From the NCBI GenBank assembly GCA_963836705.1, contig CAWIKU010000011.1, positions 6,790-70,789 of the forward strand: a DNA stretch of 64,000 bases. Direction: 5' to 3'. A model generated the notes under the pieces. That model did not search any database. It was not told where the DNA came from and was given only the letters and a program-made list of their open reading frames with translations. The DNA comes from an uncultured Actinomycetes bacterium. Its GTDB lineage: Bacteria; Actinomycetota; Thermoleophilia; Gaiellales; Gaiellaceae. The position numbers and the translations under genes were made by a program. Positions 10,726 to 18,494 of the stretch are shown here, in pieces (the stretch's first letter is position 1; each line of letters opens with the position of its first letter).

Positions 10726-11700
10726 TCATCGTTCAGACCTGACGTCGAAGGCGTCTCGTAGGCCGTCGCCGAGAAGGTTGAAGGCCAGCGTGGTGATGAT
10801 CAGGAAGGCGCCCGGGAAGAGCATCAGCCACCAGGCGACGTCGTACAGCCCGGATGCATCGGTCAGGATCGATCCCCACGACGCCTGGTCGGCCGGGACG
10901 CCGAGGCCGAGGTAGGAGAGTGCGGCCTCGAAGAGGATGTTGGTCGGGATCAGCAGCGTCGAGTAGACGATCAGCGGCCCGATCAGGTTCGGGAGGATCT
11001 CGGTCGAGAGGATCCGCATGTTGCTGGCTCCCGCCGCGCGCGCCGATTCGACGAACTCCTTCTCACGAAGCGAGAGCGTGTATCCGCGAACGATGCGGGC
11101 GATGTAGGACCACGAGAAGAGCACGATCACGGCGATCACAACCGGGAGTCCCGGTTGCAGGAGTCCGCCGAAACAGCCGTCCTTCGTCGTCGAGCAGGCG
11201 GCGACGATCCCGACAGCGATCAGGATCTGTGGAACCGCGAGGAGAACGTCGCCGGCCCGGGAGAGGAGCGTGTCGGTCCAGCCGCGGTAGAACCCGGCGG
11301 CCAGTCCGACGACGGTGCCGATCAGGACGGCGATCCCCGAGGCGACGATGCCGACGAAGAGTGACGTGCGGGCGCCGTACATCGTGCGGACGAAGAGATC
11401 ACGGCCGGCGGCGTCGGCGCCGAACCAGAACTGTGAGTTGGGGCCGCGGGGGACGCCGTAGGCGTCCGTCATGTTCGTGTACGTCGCGTTCTGAGGATGG
11501 CCGGTGATCTTCTGGGCGAGCGGTCCGCCGATGATCGCGATGATGATCAGGATCACGATGGCGACGAGGCCGACGATCGCAGCCTTGTCCTGGGTCAGGC
11601 GCGCCCAGAACAACTGGCGCGGCGTCTTGCGTGAGACGGCGACCTGCGGCGGCAATGCGACCGCCCCGCCGGTCGTCACGAAATCTGGTGGGTTCGTCAT
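10726..11700 (-). CDS. peptide ABC transporter permease (OppC/DppC-like)
   Basis: OppC-type N-terminal extension plus a 6-TM BPD core. First gene of the minus-strand operon. Confidence 0.9.
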   Translation of the reverse strand: MTNPPDFVTTGGAVALPPQVAVSRKTPRQLFWARLTQDKAAIVGLVAIVILIIIAIIGGPLAQKITGHPQNATYTNMTDAYGVPRGPNSQFWFGADAAGRDLFVRTMYGARTSLFVGIVASGIAVLIGTVVGLAAGFYRGWTDTLLSRAGDVLLAVPQILIAVGIVAACSTTKDGCFGGLLQPGLPVVIAVIVLFSWSYIARIVRGYTLSLREKEFVESARAAGASNMRILSTEILPNLIGPLIVYSTLLIPTNILFEAALSYLGLGVPADQASWGSILTDASGLYDVAWWLMLFPGAFLIITTLAFNLLGDGLRDAFDVRSER

Positions 11701-11754
11701 CCGCGTTCCAAGACTATTACCGGGTCACTTACCCCTGCGGCGATACTCAAGAAC

Positions 11755-12336
11755 ATGGATCGCCAGGATTTGATCCCTCCCGGAACGGTTACCGGGCAAA
11801 TCGTGTGCCTCGAGCGGATCGCGGAGCAACACCGCGATGGCCTGCGTGCGGCTGCGGAGCGAGAGCCGCAGATCCACCGTTTCACGAGCATGTACTCGCT
11901 CGGCTTCGATCACTGGTTCGATCTGGCGGTTGCCTCGGAAACGGAGATCCCGTTCGTCGTCCACGTCGACGGCCGGCCGGTCGGGTCGACGCGCTATCTG
12001 AACATCGAGCCGTTCCATCGACGGGCCGAGATCGGCTGGACGTGGCTGGAGCGGCGGCAGTGGGGCACGGGCGCGAACATCGAGACGAAATACCTGTTGC
12101 TCGAGAACGCGTTCGAGCGAGCCGGCCTGATGCGCGTCGAGTTCAAGACGGATGCCCGCAACCTGAGGGTGCGCGGTGCGCTGCTCGGAATCGGCGGCAC
12201 GTTCGAGGGCATCTTCCGCAAGCACATGGTTCTCCCGGACTCGATCCGGGACTCCGCCTGGTACGCGATCGTCGACGACGACTGGCCACGTGTGAAGGAG
12301 CTGCTCGAGGCGAAGATCGAAAGGCACGCGGCGTGA
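11755..12336 (+). CDS. GNAT family N-acetyltransferase (RimJ/RimL-like)
   Basis: RimJ/L-like pattern: LERIAEQHRDGL..., RRAEIGWTWL, GTGANIETKYLLLENAFE, RVEFKTDARNLRVRGALLGIG. Confidence 0.8.
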   Translation: MDRQDLIPPGTVTGQIVCLERIAEQHRDGLRAAAEREPQIHRFTSMYSLGFDHWFDLAVASETEIPFVVHVDGRPVGSTRYLNIEPFHRRAEIGWTWLERRQWGTGANIETKYLLLENAFERAGLMRVEFKTDARNLRVRGALLGIGGTFEGIFRKHMVLPDSIRDSAWYAIVDDDWPRVKELLEAKIERHAA

Positions 12337-12887
12337 GGTGCGCTGTCGCGGTGGCTCCGATCCGGGCCGAGCCCGACGACGAGGCCGAGCAGGTGACGCA
12401 GGCGTTGTTCGGCGAGCCGCTGCTCGTCGAGGAGACACGTGGAGGCTGGGTGCGGATCCGCACGGCGTACGGCTATCCGGGCTGGCTGCGTGCCGAGGCG
12501 CTCGCGGAGGGAGAGGGCGAACTGGTCGTCGACGCATCCGGATCGCCGGTCGATGTCGCGCGCTCCTACCTCGGCGCGCCATACCTCTGGGGCGGGCTGA
12601 CGGAGGACGGCATCGACTGCTCGGGTCTCGTGCACATGGCTCATCGCAGGCTGGGCAGGTTGATACCTCGCGACGCCGACCAGCAGGAGGAGGCGGGGCT
12701 CGAGGTCGACGACCCGCAGGCAGGCGATCTCGTCACCTACGGCGACGAGGCTGCCGACCACATCGCGTTCTGGCTCGACGACGGTCGCATCCTCCACTCG
12801 ACGGGCCGCGACGACGGCATCGGCGTGATCGAGGAGCTCGAGCCCGAGTCCTTGCGGTCGCGTCGCCGCAAGCTCGTTCGCCTGTGA
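12333..12887 (+). CDS. NlpC/P60 (C40) peptidase with N-terminal SH3b-like domain, no signal peptide
   Basis: SH3b-like APIRAEPDDEAEQVTQALFGEPLLVEETRGGWVRIRT. Catalytic Cys in GIDCSGLVHMA and His in ADHIAFWLDDGRILHS. The GTG start at 12333 overlaps the upstream stop (GTGA). The track ORF 11631.. is an over-extension. Confidence 0.8.
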   Translation: MRCAVAVAPIRAEPDDEAEQVTQALFGEPLLVEETRGGWVRIRTAYGYPGWLRAEALAEGEGELVVDASGSPVDVARSYLGAPYLWGGLTEDGIDCSGLVHMAHRRLGRLIPRDADQQEEAGLEVDDPQAGDLVTYGDEAADHIAFWLDDGRILHSTGRDDGIGVIEELEPESLRSRRRKLVRL

Positions 12888-13501
12888 TCACCTGGGCCTG
12901 CTCCGACGGTCGCGAACTGGGAGGCGAGCGTGTCGTCCCGGCTGCGTCGACGATCAAGCTGTTCGTCGCCTCGGCCTTCTGGCGCTCGGATCTCGACCCA
13001 GACGAGCGGGTCGAGGTTGCCGAGACGCCGTGGTCGCTCGCCGACCGTCTGGCCGGCCCGGTGACGCTGGCGGACTGCGCACTGCTGATGCTGGCGTTCT
13101 CGGACAATGCGGCCACGAACGTCCTGCTCGAGCGGCTCGGGTTCGACGCCGTCAACCGGGAGGCCGCACGGCTCGGGGCAACGCAGACGAAGGTTCGCCG
13201 GCCGATGATGGGGGAGGGAGCTGAGAACGTCACGACGGCGATGGATCTGGCGCGAGGCCTCGCCGCGATCGCTGAGCCGTGGGTCTTCGACGCACTCGCA
13301 GTCGCCCACGATTCGGAGTTGCCGCACCGGCTCCCCGACCACGAGGTGCTCGTGAAAACCGGCGAGATCTGGCCTCGGGTCTACCACGAGGTCGCCCTGG
13401 TCGATCGCGGGTTGGCCGTGGCGGTTTGCTCCGCGCCTGCCGTCCTGCCGGGTCAGGTCGCAGCCACGGCAGAAGGGCTGGTCAGGGCCTCCCTCGATTG
13501 A
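12884..13501 (+). CDS. short class-A beta-lactamase-like serine hydrolase, no signal peptide
   Basis: SxxK (STIK), SDN and KTG motifs occur in order within about 205 aa. The GTG start at 12884 overlaps the NlpC/P60 stop (GTGA). The upstream part of track ORF 12338.. is Arg-rich out-of-frame overlap. Confidence 0.7.
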   Translation: MITWACSDGRELGGERVVPAASTIKLFVASAFWRSDLDPDERVEVAETPWSLADRLAGPVTLADCALLMLAFSDNAATNVLLERLGFDAVNREAARLGATQTKVRRPMMGEGAENVTTAMDLARGLAAIAEPWVFDALAVAHDSELPHRLPDHEVLVKTGEIWPRVYHEVALVDRGLAVAVCSAPAVLPGQVAATAEGLVRASLD

Positions 13502-13511
13502 GGATCAGTGC

Positions 13512-13877
13512 GTGCTAAAGGTGTCGCAAGTCGCTGTCGATACCTGGCCCGTGGACGCTGCAGAGCGCGATGCAATCCTGACTCGATATCGGGAACACTC
13601 GGCCCGATTCGAGTCTGTGGCCGCCCGTCGGGAGACGGGCGTGGCTTCGGTTATCCCGCTTCAGCCTCTCAAGGAACTGGAGCAGGAGCCGACTGCGCGC
13701 GAGATCGAGGTACTGCAGTTGATCTCGGACGGACTCGTGAACCGCGAGATCGGGGTCCGGCTCTTCCTTTCAGAGGAGACGGTGAAGAGCCATGTCAGGC
13801 ATCTGCTGGCAAAGCTTCAGGCGCGCAGCAGAGCCCACGCCGTAGCAGTTGGCTTCCGGCGTGGGCTCATTAACTGA
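13512..13877 (+). CDS. LuxR-family HTH protein (solo, no receiver or ligand domain)
   Basis: C-terminal GerE/LuxR HTH: TAREIEVLQLISDGLVNREIGVRLFLSEETVKSHVRHLLAKL. GTG start. Lower G+C than the flanking genes. Confidence 0.8.
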   Translation: MLKVSQVAVDTWPVDAAERDAILTRYREHSARFESVAARRETGVASVIPLQPLKELEQEPTAREIEVLQLISDGLVNREIGVRLFLSEETVKSHVRHLLAKLQARSRAHAVAVGFRRGLIN

Positions 13878-13887
13878 CGAACTGACG
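13872..13887. repeat. tandem direct repeat AACTGACG x2, overlapping the LuxR stop codon
   Basis: AACTGACGAACTGACG read directly at 13872-13887. A third identical 8-mer lies at 14058-14065. Confidence 0.7.
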
Positions 13888-14057
13888 TTTCCTGCAGGTT
13901 TTCCACTGTCTGTGGACAATCACCAGAATGGGTGACGCGACCACAATGGAGAACCCAGTTAACTACAGAAACTTCCTACCAGGAAGAGGCGCCACCGGCG
14001 ACGGTGCCGCGGCGAACGAACTTGGCGATCTTGCGCATTGGTCCCCCTATTGCTTTG

Positions 14058-14065
14058 AACTGACG
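14058..14065. repeat. third copy of AACTGACG, 24 nt upstream of the HD-GYP start
   Basis: Exact 8-mer match to the tandem pair at 13872-13887, within the same 211-nt intergenic region. Confidence 0.6.
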
Positions 14066-14088
14066 GCGACTAGCACCCTATAACCCAT

Positions 14089-15510
14089 ATGGGGGACATG
14101 TCAACACTCACGAGGTTCCGCCGGGAACTCAGCGACCTCACTTTTCCGGTAGTCGTCTACATGTGCGTCGTTGCTCTCGCAACCGGCGTGACTCTCGCTG
14201 TCTTGCTACTTGAGGACGCCGAGCCCAACGAGCCAGGAACGTGGGTCGGAGTGCTTGGCCTAGCCGCTATCGCGGCACTCGGCGAGCGAGGTCGGATCAA
14301 GCTGAGCGGGAGCTTGGACGTGTCGATCTCGCTGCTTCCAGCGGTCTTTGCAGCGGTTCTTTACGGCCCAGTTGCGGCGATGGTCGTCTTCGGGGCCTCG
14401 GTGTTTGGCCTTCAGATGCCACTTGCCGGCCGGGTCACGTACTTCTGCAGCCGTGCACTCACTGGCGCGGCGGCCGCAGGAGCCGCTGCTGCCGCGGCAT
14501 CGGTCATGCACGGCGGCGCCGGTGAGGTCATCGCTTCAGCCACCGCGGCGGCACTCGTGGCTGAGGTCATGGACGCAGCCTTTGCATCACTGACTCATCG
14601 GCTTCGCGGAAACGGCACGTACCGAGAGGCAGCGCGCGAACTCTTCCCCGTCATCGTGGCCTCGGTTCCGTTGTATAGCCCTGCCGTCGCATTGCTCGTC
14701 CTCGCATATCGCGGCGTTTCACCGTGGACGCTTCCGCTCTTCTTCGCGCCTGCCCTCGCCGCGCAGCGTTGGTTCATCATGTACCAGGATCAGCAACGTC
14801 TCGCCGTTGACCTGCAAGGCGCGAACGAGCAGCTCAAGGCAGCGAACCTTTCGTTTGCTAACGGACTAATTGCCACGCTTGATGCGAGGGATCGCTATAC
14901 GGCTGGCCACTCAGCCGCGGTCGCGATTTACGCTCGTGATATCGCAGGGAGAATGGGCCTGGATCAACAGCAGCAAGAGATGGCCCATCTCTGCGGCTTG
15001 GTTCACGACATCGGAAAGATCGGTCTGCCGGCAGGCCTCCTTGAGAAGCCGGGCGCGCTGACGCTGGAAGAGCGCCGCGAGATGCAGAAGCACTCAGAAA
15101 TCGGTGAGCGGATTCTTCGGAACGTCGACACCTACGCCGAGATTGCCGCGGTGGTTCGCCATCACCACGAGCGGGTAGATGGCGGGGGTTATCCCGATGG
15201 TTTGCCGCATGATGAGATTCCGCTCCTCTCTCGAATCATCGCGGTCGCTGACGCGTACAACGCGATGACATCCGACAGGCCCTACCGTGACGCGATGCCG
15301 AGTCGTGTGGCTCGACTCCGCCTCGCGCAGGCAGTCGAGACACAGTTCGATACCTCGATCGTCGCCGCGTTTGAGGCGCTCCTCGCTGGTGCTGATGAGA
15401 ACTACCGGCTGGCTCGCGGGGCAGATTTCACTCTCGATACAGGCCCGCAAGAGGCTGAGCTCGACCAGTTGCCGACTCTCGCCTATTCGGCTTCGCTGAA
15501 CATCTCGTAG
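14089..15510 (+). CDS. membrane-anchored HD-GYP domain protein (putative c-di-GMP phosphodiesterase)
   Basis: Polytopic hydrophobic N-terminal half. HD (GLVHDIGKIG) and GYP (HHERVDGGGYPDGL) motifs. An alternative ATG lies at 14098. Confidence 0.88.
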   Translation: MGDMSTLTRFRRELSDLTFPVVVYMCVVALATGVTLAVLLLEDAEPNEPGTWVGVLGLAAIAALGERGRIKLSGSLDVSISLLPAVFAAVLYGPVAAMVVFGASVFGLQMPLAGRVTYFCSRALTGAAAAGAAAAAASVMHGGAGEVIASATAAALVAEVMDAAFASLTHRLRGNGTYREAARELFPVIVASVPLYSPAVALLVLAYRGVSPWTLPLFFAPALAAQRWFIMYQDQQRLAVDLQGANEQLKAANLSFANGLIATLDARDRYTAGHSAAVAIYARDIAGRMGLDQQQQEMAHLCGLVHDIGKIGLPAGLLEKPGALTLEERREMQKHSEIGERILRNVDTYAEIAAVVRHHHERVDGGGYPDGLPHDEIPLLSRIIAVADAYNAMTSDRPYRDAMPSRVARLRLAQAVETQFDTSIVAAFEALLAGADENYRLARGADFTLDTGPQEAELDQLPTLAYSASLNIS

Positions 15511-17999
15511 CGGGCAACCGCCTCAGCTCGGGTCCTCACGCCCAGCTTTTCAAGGACGTGCCGAACATGAACCTTGGTAGTCGATGGGGAGATGAACAGC
15601 GCACGCGCAATCTCGGGGTTTCGCATGCCCCGCGAGATCAGGTGGAGCACCTCGAGCTCTCGGGGTGTCAACAGCTCGCCGGGCCGGCGCGTCGCCCGCG
15701 TTCTGAAGCCGGCGCGGCGGGCGAGCCCGAGGTCGTTCGATGAGGCGTAAAGAAACTCGAGCTGTCGACGTGTGTCCTCACGTTCCCCTAGCCCATCGGC
15801 CAGATCGGGTGAAGCTCGAAGCGCGCAAACCACTGGATCCCAAGCTCCGAGCGTCCGCGCGACCTCGAGAAGGCGGGCCGCTCCATCAAGATCTCCTGCC
15901 CGTGCGCTCACGATCGACTGGCATGCGGCGGCCAAAACCCTGACCTCAACGACTCGCGACTGCCTCGTCGCGGCCGCAGCTGCCTCCAAGGCCTGCTGAT
16001 CCCGGCCCAAACAAGCCAGTGCAATCGCTCTCGTCGCGATGTACTCCGCCTGCCAGGACGGATAGTTCTGCGGATCAGGAGGGTCGCTTGTTAGACGTGC
16101 TGCGTCCGAAGCCTTGCCCGTTTGCAGTAGAAGCCTCGCCCGGAGAAGGCGGGCGTTGATTCTCTGGTAAGCGCCTCGGTCGGCGGCGTTCGCGTCCTCA
16201 AGCACTTGCAGGAGTCGCTCCGTTTCGCCAAACCTCCTGCCGCCTAGACGAACCAAGGCCGTGACCCAATACGCATGGGGCTTTGCGAACTCGAGATCGA
16301 ATGTCTCGATGTCGTCCGCCAACCGTCTTAGCCAGATGTTCGCCTCGGAATACTCGGCACGCTGTCCAAGTGCGTAGGCGACCGTGTATGCGAAGGAACT
16401 CCGCACTCGCGGATCATCGACCCGCGGGAGCGAGTGCTCTGCCTCCTCGATTGGCAGCGCACCCGCAATCCCTTCACTAAAACGACGCCGCGCGATCTCG
16501 GCCGTAGCCGCTCGAATGAGAAGCGTGGGCGACTCGTGTCTCCGGGCGCGCAGTTGATCGACCGCTTCGCGTGCGTCTAGTTGCTCACCGAGGATTCGCG
16601 CCAAGGCGATTCCATGGAGTGCCTCGGACTCATCGCGGTCGTCCTGGGCACTTACTCTGGCCTCGGTGAACGCGTGCACGGCCTGGTTGTAGTCTGCGCT
16701 CTGCAACCCACAGTGGCCACGGATCGCTGCGGCGCGCGATCGGAGCGGATGATCGTTTGCGAGTTGTCGGCTCGCGCGTGCTGCAAGGTCGTTTGCGAGT
16801 CCCAACAGCCCATCGCGCAGTGCGACCTCGGCCTCCACAAGGTCGACTGTCGGCGGCGGGAAAGTTGGCCGGAGTCTCACCTGCCCTGCGAACGACGACA
16901 AAGTCGCGATCTGGCCGTTCCGTGTGAGGGGTTTGAAGCATTCGCGAAGTACCGGCTCGATCAGATCGTCGCAGGCGAATCGCGACACCAGCTCCAAAGC
17001 CCTGGCCCAGTGCTGTTTGCGAATGCACCATTCGACCGCTTCGTGAACCTGGGCTCGGGCGTCCGGACGTTCGGCGAGCTTTTGTAGGAGGAACTCTCTC
17101 AACAAAGGATGGAGCAATGGGGTGCCTTCTCCCCCGAAGAAGCCGAGCTCCCGTGCCTGGTGACTCAGCTGAACTCCATCGGCATCTAGGTACTCGGCAA
17201 TTGATTCCGGATCCAATTTCGGCAGCAGTGAGAGCCGAACGAGGTGATCTTGAAGCTCCGAACTAGCGTCCTGAAACAGCTCCTCCGCGAGATAAGTGTG
17301 CAACGCACTTGGAAGAACGCTGTTCGGCGGCGGTAACTCTCGAGCGCTCGCCGCCAGAGCGAGCACCGCGGGCCAGCCCTCAGCTTGCCGTGCCAACTGC
17401 GCGAGGCCGTTTCGGCGGCCAAGCATGGCGATCGATTCCGCCTCGGTCATTGCGAGCATGTCTCTCGTGATTTCGTTGATCTCGCCGTACACGATGCGTC
17501 TCGCTGTCGCCCAGCTTGGCCGTATGCGCGAAGCGATCAGCAGCCGTGCCGCCGATTCACGATGTAGGACGTCAACGAGCTGCTCGACCTCCGGGGCCTC
17601 GATGATCTCGTGGTAATCGTCGATCACGAGCCATTGAATCTGCGCTGAATTGACGTGTTCCGCCAGGATGCTTCCGATGCGCCGGCTCGATTTCTGTGGT
17701 GTGTTCTGAGCCCTCACGTACTCGCGAACGACTCGTTGCGCTGCCTCGTCGAATGGTGCGAGGTGGTCAGCGACGTCGCTCGCTAGGGTGACGACGTCCC
17801 GGTGCGTAGGCGTGCACGACAGCCAGATCGCGCGTCCTACGGTCTCAATCCACTGTCGCGCGAGAGTCGTTTTGCCGTAACCCGCCGGAGCGAGGAGCAG
17901 AATCGCTTTCGATCCACACTCATCGAGTGCGCTAATTAACCGAGGCCGGTCAATAATCCGGTGCTCTTGAATGGACGAACTTGGTGCGCGTTTGGTCAC
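15483..17999 (-). CDS. MalT-like STAND/AAA ATPase - TPR-like - LuxR HTH transcriptional regulator (LAL family)
   Basis: N-terminal RPRLISALD...LLLAPAGYGKTTLARQW (Walker A), LVIDDYHEI (Walker B), a helical-repeat middle region, and C-terminal LTPRELEVLHLISRGMRNPEIARALFISPSTTKVHVRHVLEKL. Confidence 0.88.
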   Translation of the reverse strand: MTKRAPSSSIQEHRIIDRPRLISALDECGSKAILLLAPAGYGKTTLARQWIETVGRAIWLSCTPTHRDVVTLASDVADHLAPFDEAAQRVVREYVRAQNTPQKSSRRIGSILAEHVNSAQIQWLVIDDYHEIIEAPEVEQLVDVLHRESAARLLIASRIRPSWATARRIVYGEINEITRDMLAMTEAESIAMLGRRNGLAQLARQAEGWPAVLALAASARELPPPNSVLPSALHTYLAEELFQDASSELQDHLVRLSLLPKLDPESIAEYLDADGVQLSHQARELGFFGGEGTPLLHPLLREFLLQKLAERPDARAQVHEAVEWCIRKQHWARALELVSRFACDDLIEPVLRECFKPLTRNGQIATLSSFAGQVRLRPTFPPPTVDLVEAEVALRDGLLGLANDLAARASRQLANDHPLRSRAAAIRGHCGLQSADYNQAVHAFTEARVSAQDDRDESEALHGIALARILGEQLDAREAVDQLRARRHESPTLLIRAATAEIARRRFSEGIAGALPIEEAEHSLPRVDDPRVRSSFAYTVAYALGQRAEYSEANIWLRRLADDIETFDLEFAKPHAYWVTALVRLGGRRFGETERLLQVLEDANAADRGAYQRINARLLRARLLLQTGKASDAARLTSDPPDPQNYPSWQAEYIATRAIALACLGRDQQALEAAAAATRQSRVVEVRVLAAACQSIVSARAGDLDGAARLLEVARTLGAWDPVVCALRASPDLADGLGEREDTRRQLEFLYASSNDLGLARRAGFRTRATRRPGELLTPRELEVLHLISRGMRNPEIARALFISPSTTKVHVRHVLEKLGVRTRAEAVARYEMFSEAE

Positions 18000-18079
18000 G
18001 TCATTGCCCTTGCCGATCGACGATGCATCCTGCGACGCAGACGCTACGCCCCCAAACCCACGTTTGGAAGGGCCGGGAC

Positions 18080-18106
18080 GCCCGCGGCGGAGGGGTCGCC
18101 GCGGGC
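18080..18106 (-). terminator. GC-rich hairpin downstream of the small LuxR gene (terminator candidate)
   Basis: 10-bp perfect stem GCCCGCGGCG / CGCCGCGGGC with a 7-nt loop, 13 nt after the stop at 18119. No U-tract. Confidence 0.45.
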
Positions 18107-18118
18107 GCCGCTTCGCCG

Positions 18119-18463
18119 TCAGCCCCCGTTGTCAGCTCGCGCCGACGCCAGACGTGACGCCAACGGGTCTTCGCCCGTCAGCAACCTGTAGGCGACAGGG
18201 ATCTGCCTGCGTCGAGGCACGCCGAGCTTCTGGCGAAGCACGTCGCAATGGGCCTTCGCCGTCCTCGGCGAGATGCCGAGCACCAGGCCGACCTCGTCGT
18301 TCGACAGACCCTGCGCGATCAACTCGATCACCTGCCTCTGTCGGAAGGTGATGCCTGATGGATCTCGGAGTGCCTGCATGAAGGCAAAGCTATGCAGAAG
18401 TTGGTCCGTGCACCATCGGCCGGAAGGCGTATCTCCAGGCTCTCGGCCTCGGGATCGCGGCAC
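18119..18463 (-). CDS. LuxR-family HTH protein (solo)
   Basis: FRQRQVIELIAQGLSNDEVGLVLGISPRTAKAHCDVLRQKLG. The start is uncertain: ATG at 18463 or the internal ATG at 18379 (MQALRDPSG...). Confidence 0.72.
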   Translation of the reverse strand: MPRSRGREPGDTPSGRWCTDQLLHSFAFMQALRDPSGITFRQRQVIELIAQGLSNDEVGLVLGISPRTAKAHCDVLRQKLGVPRRRQIPVAYRLLTGEDPLASRLASARADNGG

Positions 18464-18494
18464 GGGTTAACGCCTGGGAAATACGATCTGGCGG

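Noticed and set aside
13928-14083. The 51-aa ORF as a RiPP or lanthipeptide precursor (C-terminal HWSPYCFELTATSTL rich in Ser/Thr/Cys)
   Set aside because: There are no modification enzymes (LanB/C/M, cyclodehydratase, radical SAM), protease or exporter nearby. It has only one Cys, rare codons and no SD. It is kept only as a sub-threshold ORF to test.
13505-18470. The low-G+C block as an integrative mobile element or prophage remnant
   Set aside because: I could not see an integrase, recombinase or transposase, a flanking tRNA, or direct repeats at the borders. Horizontal origin remains an inference from composition only.
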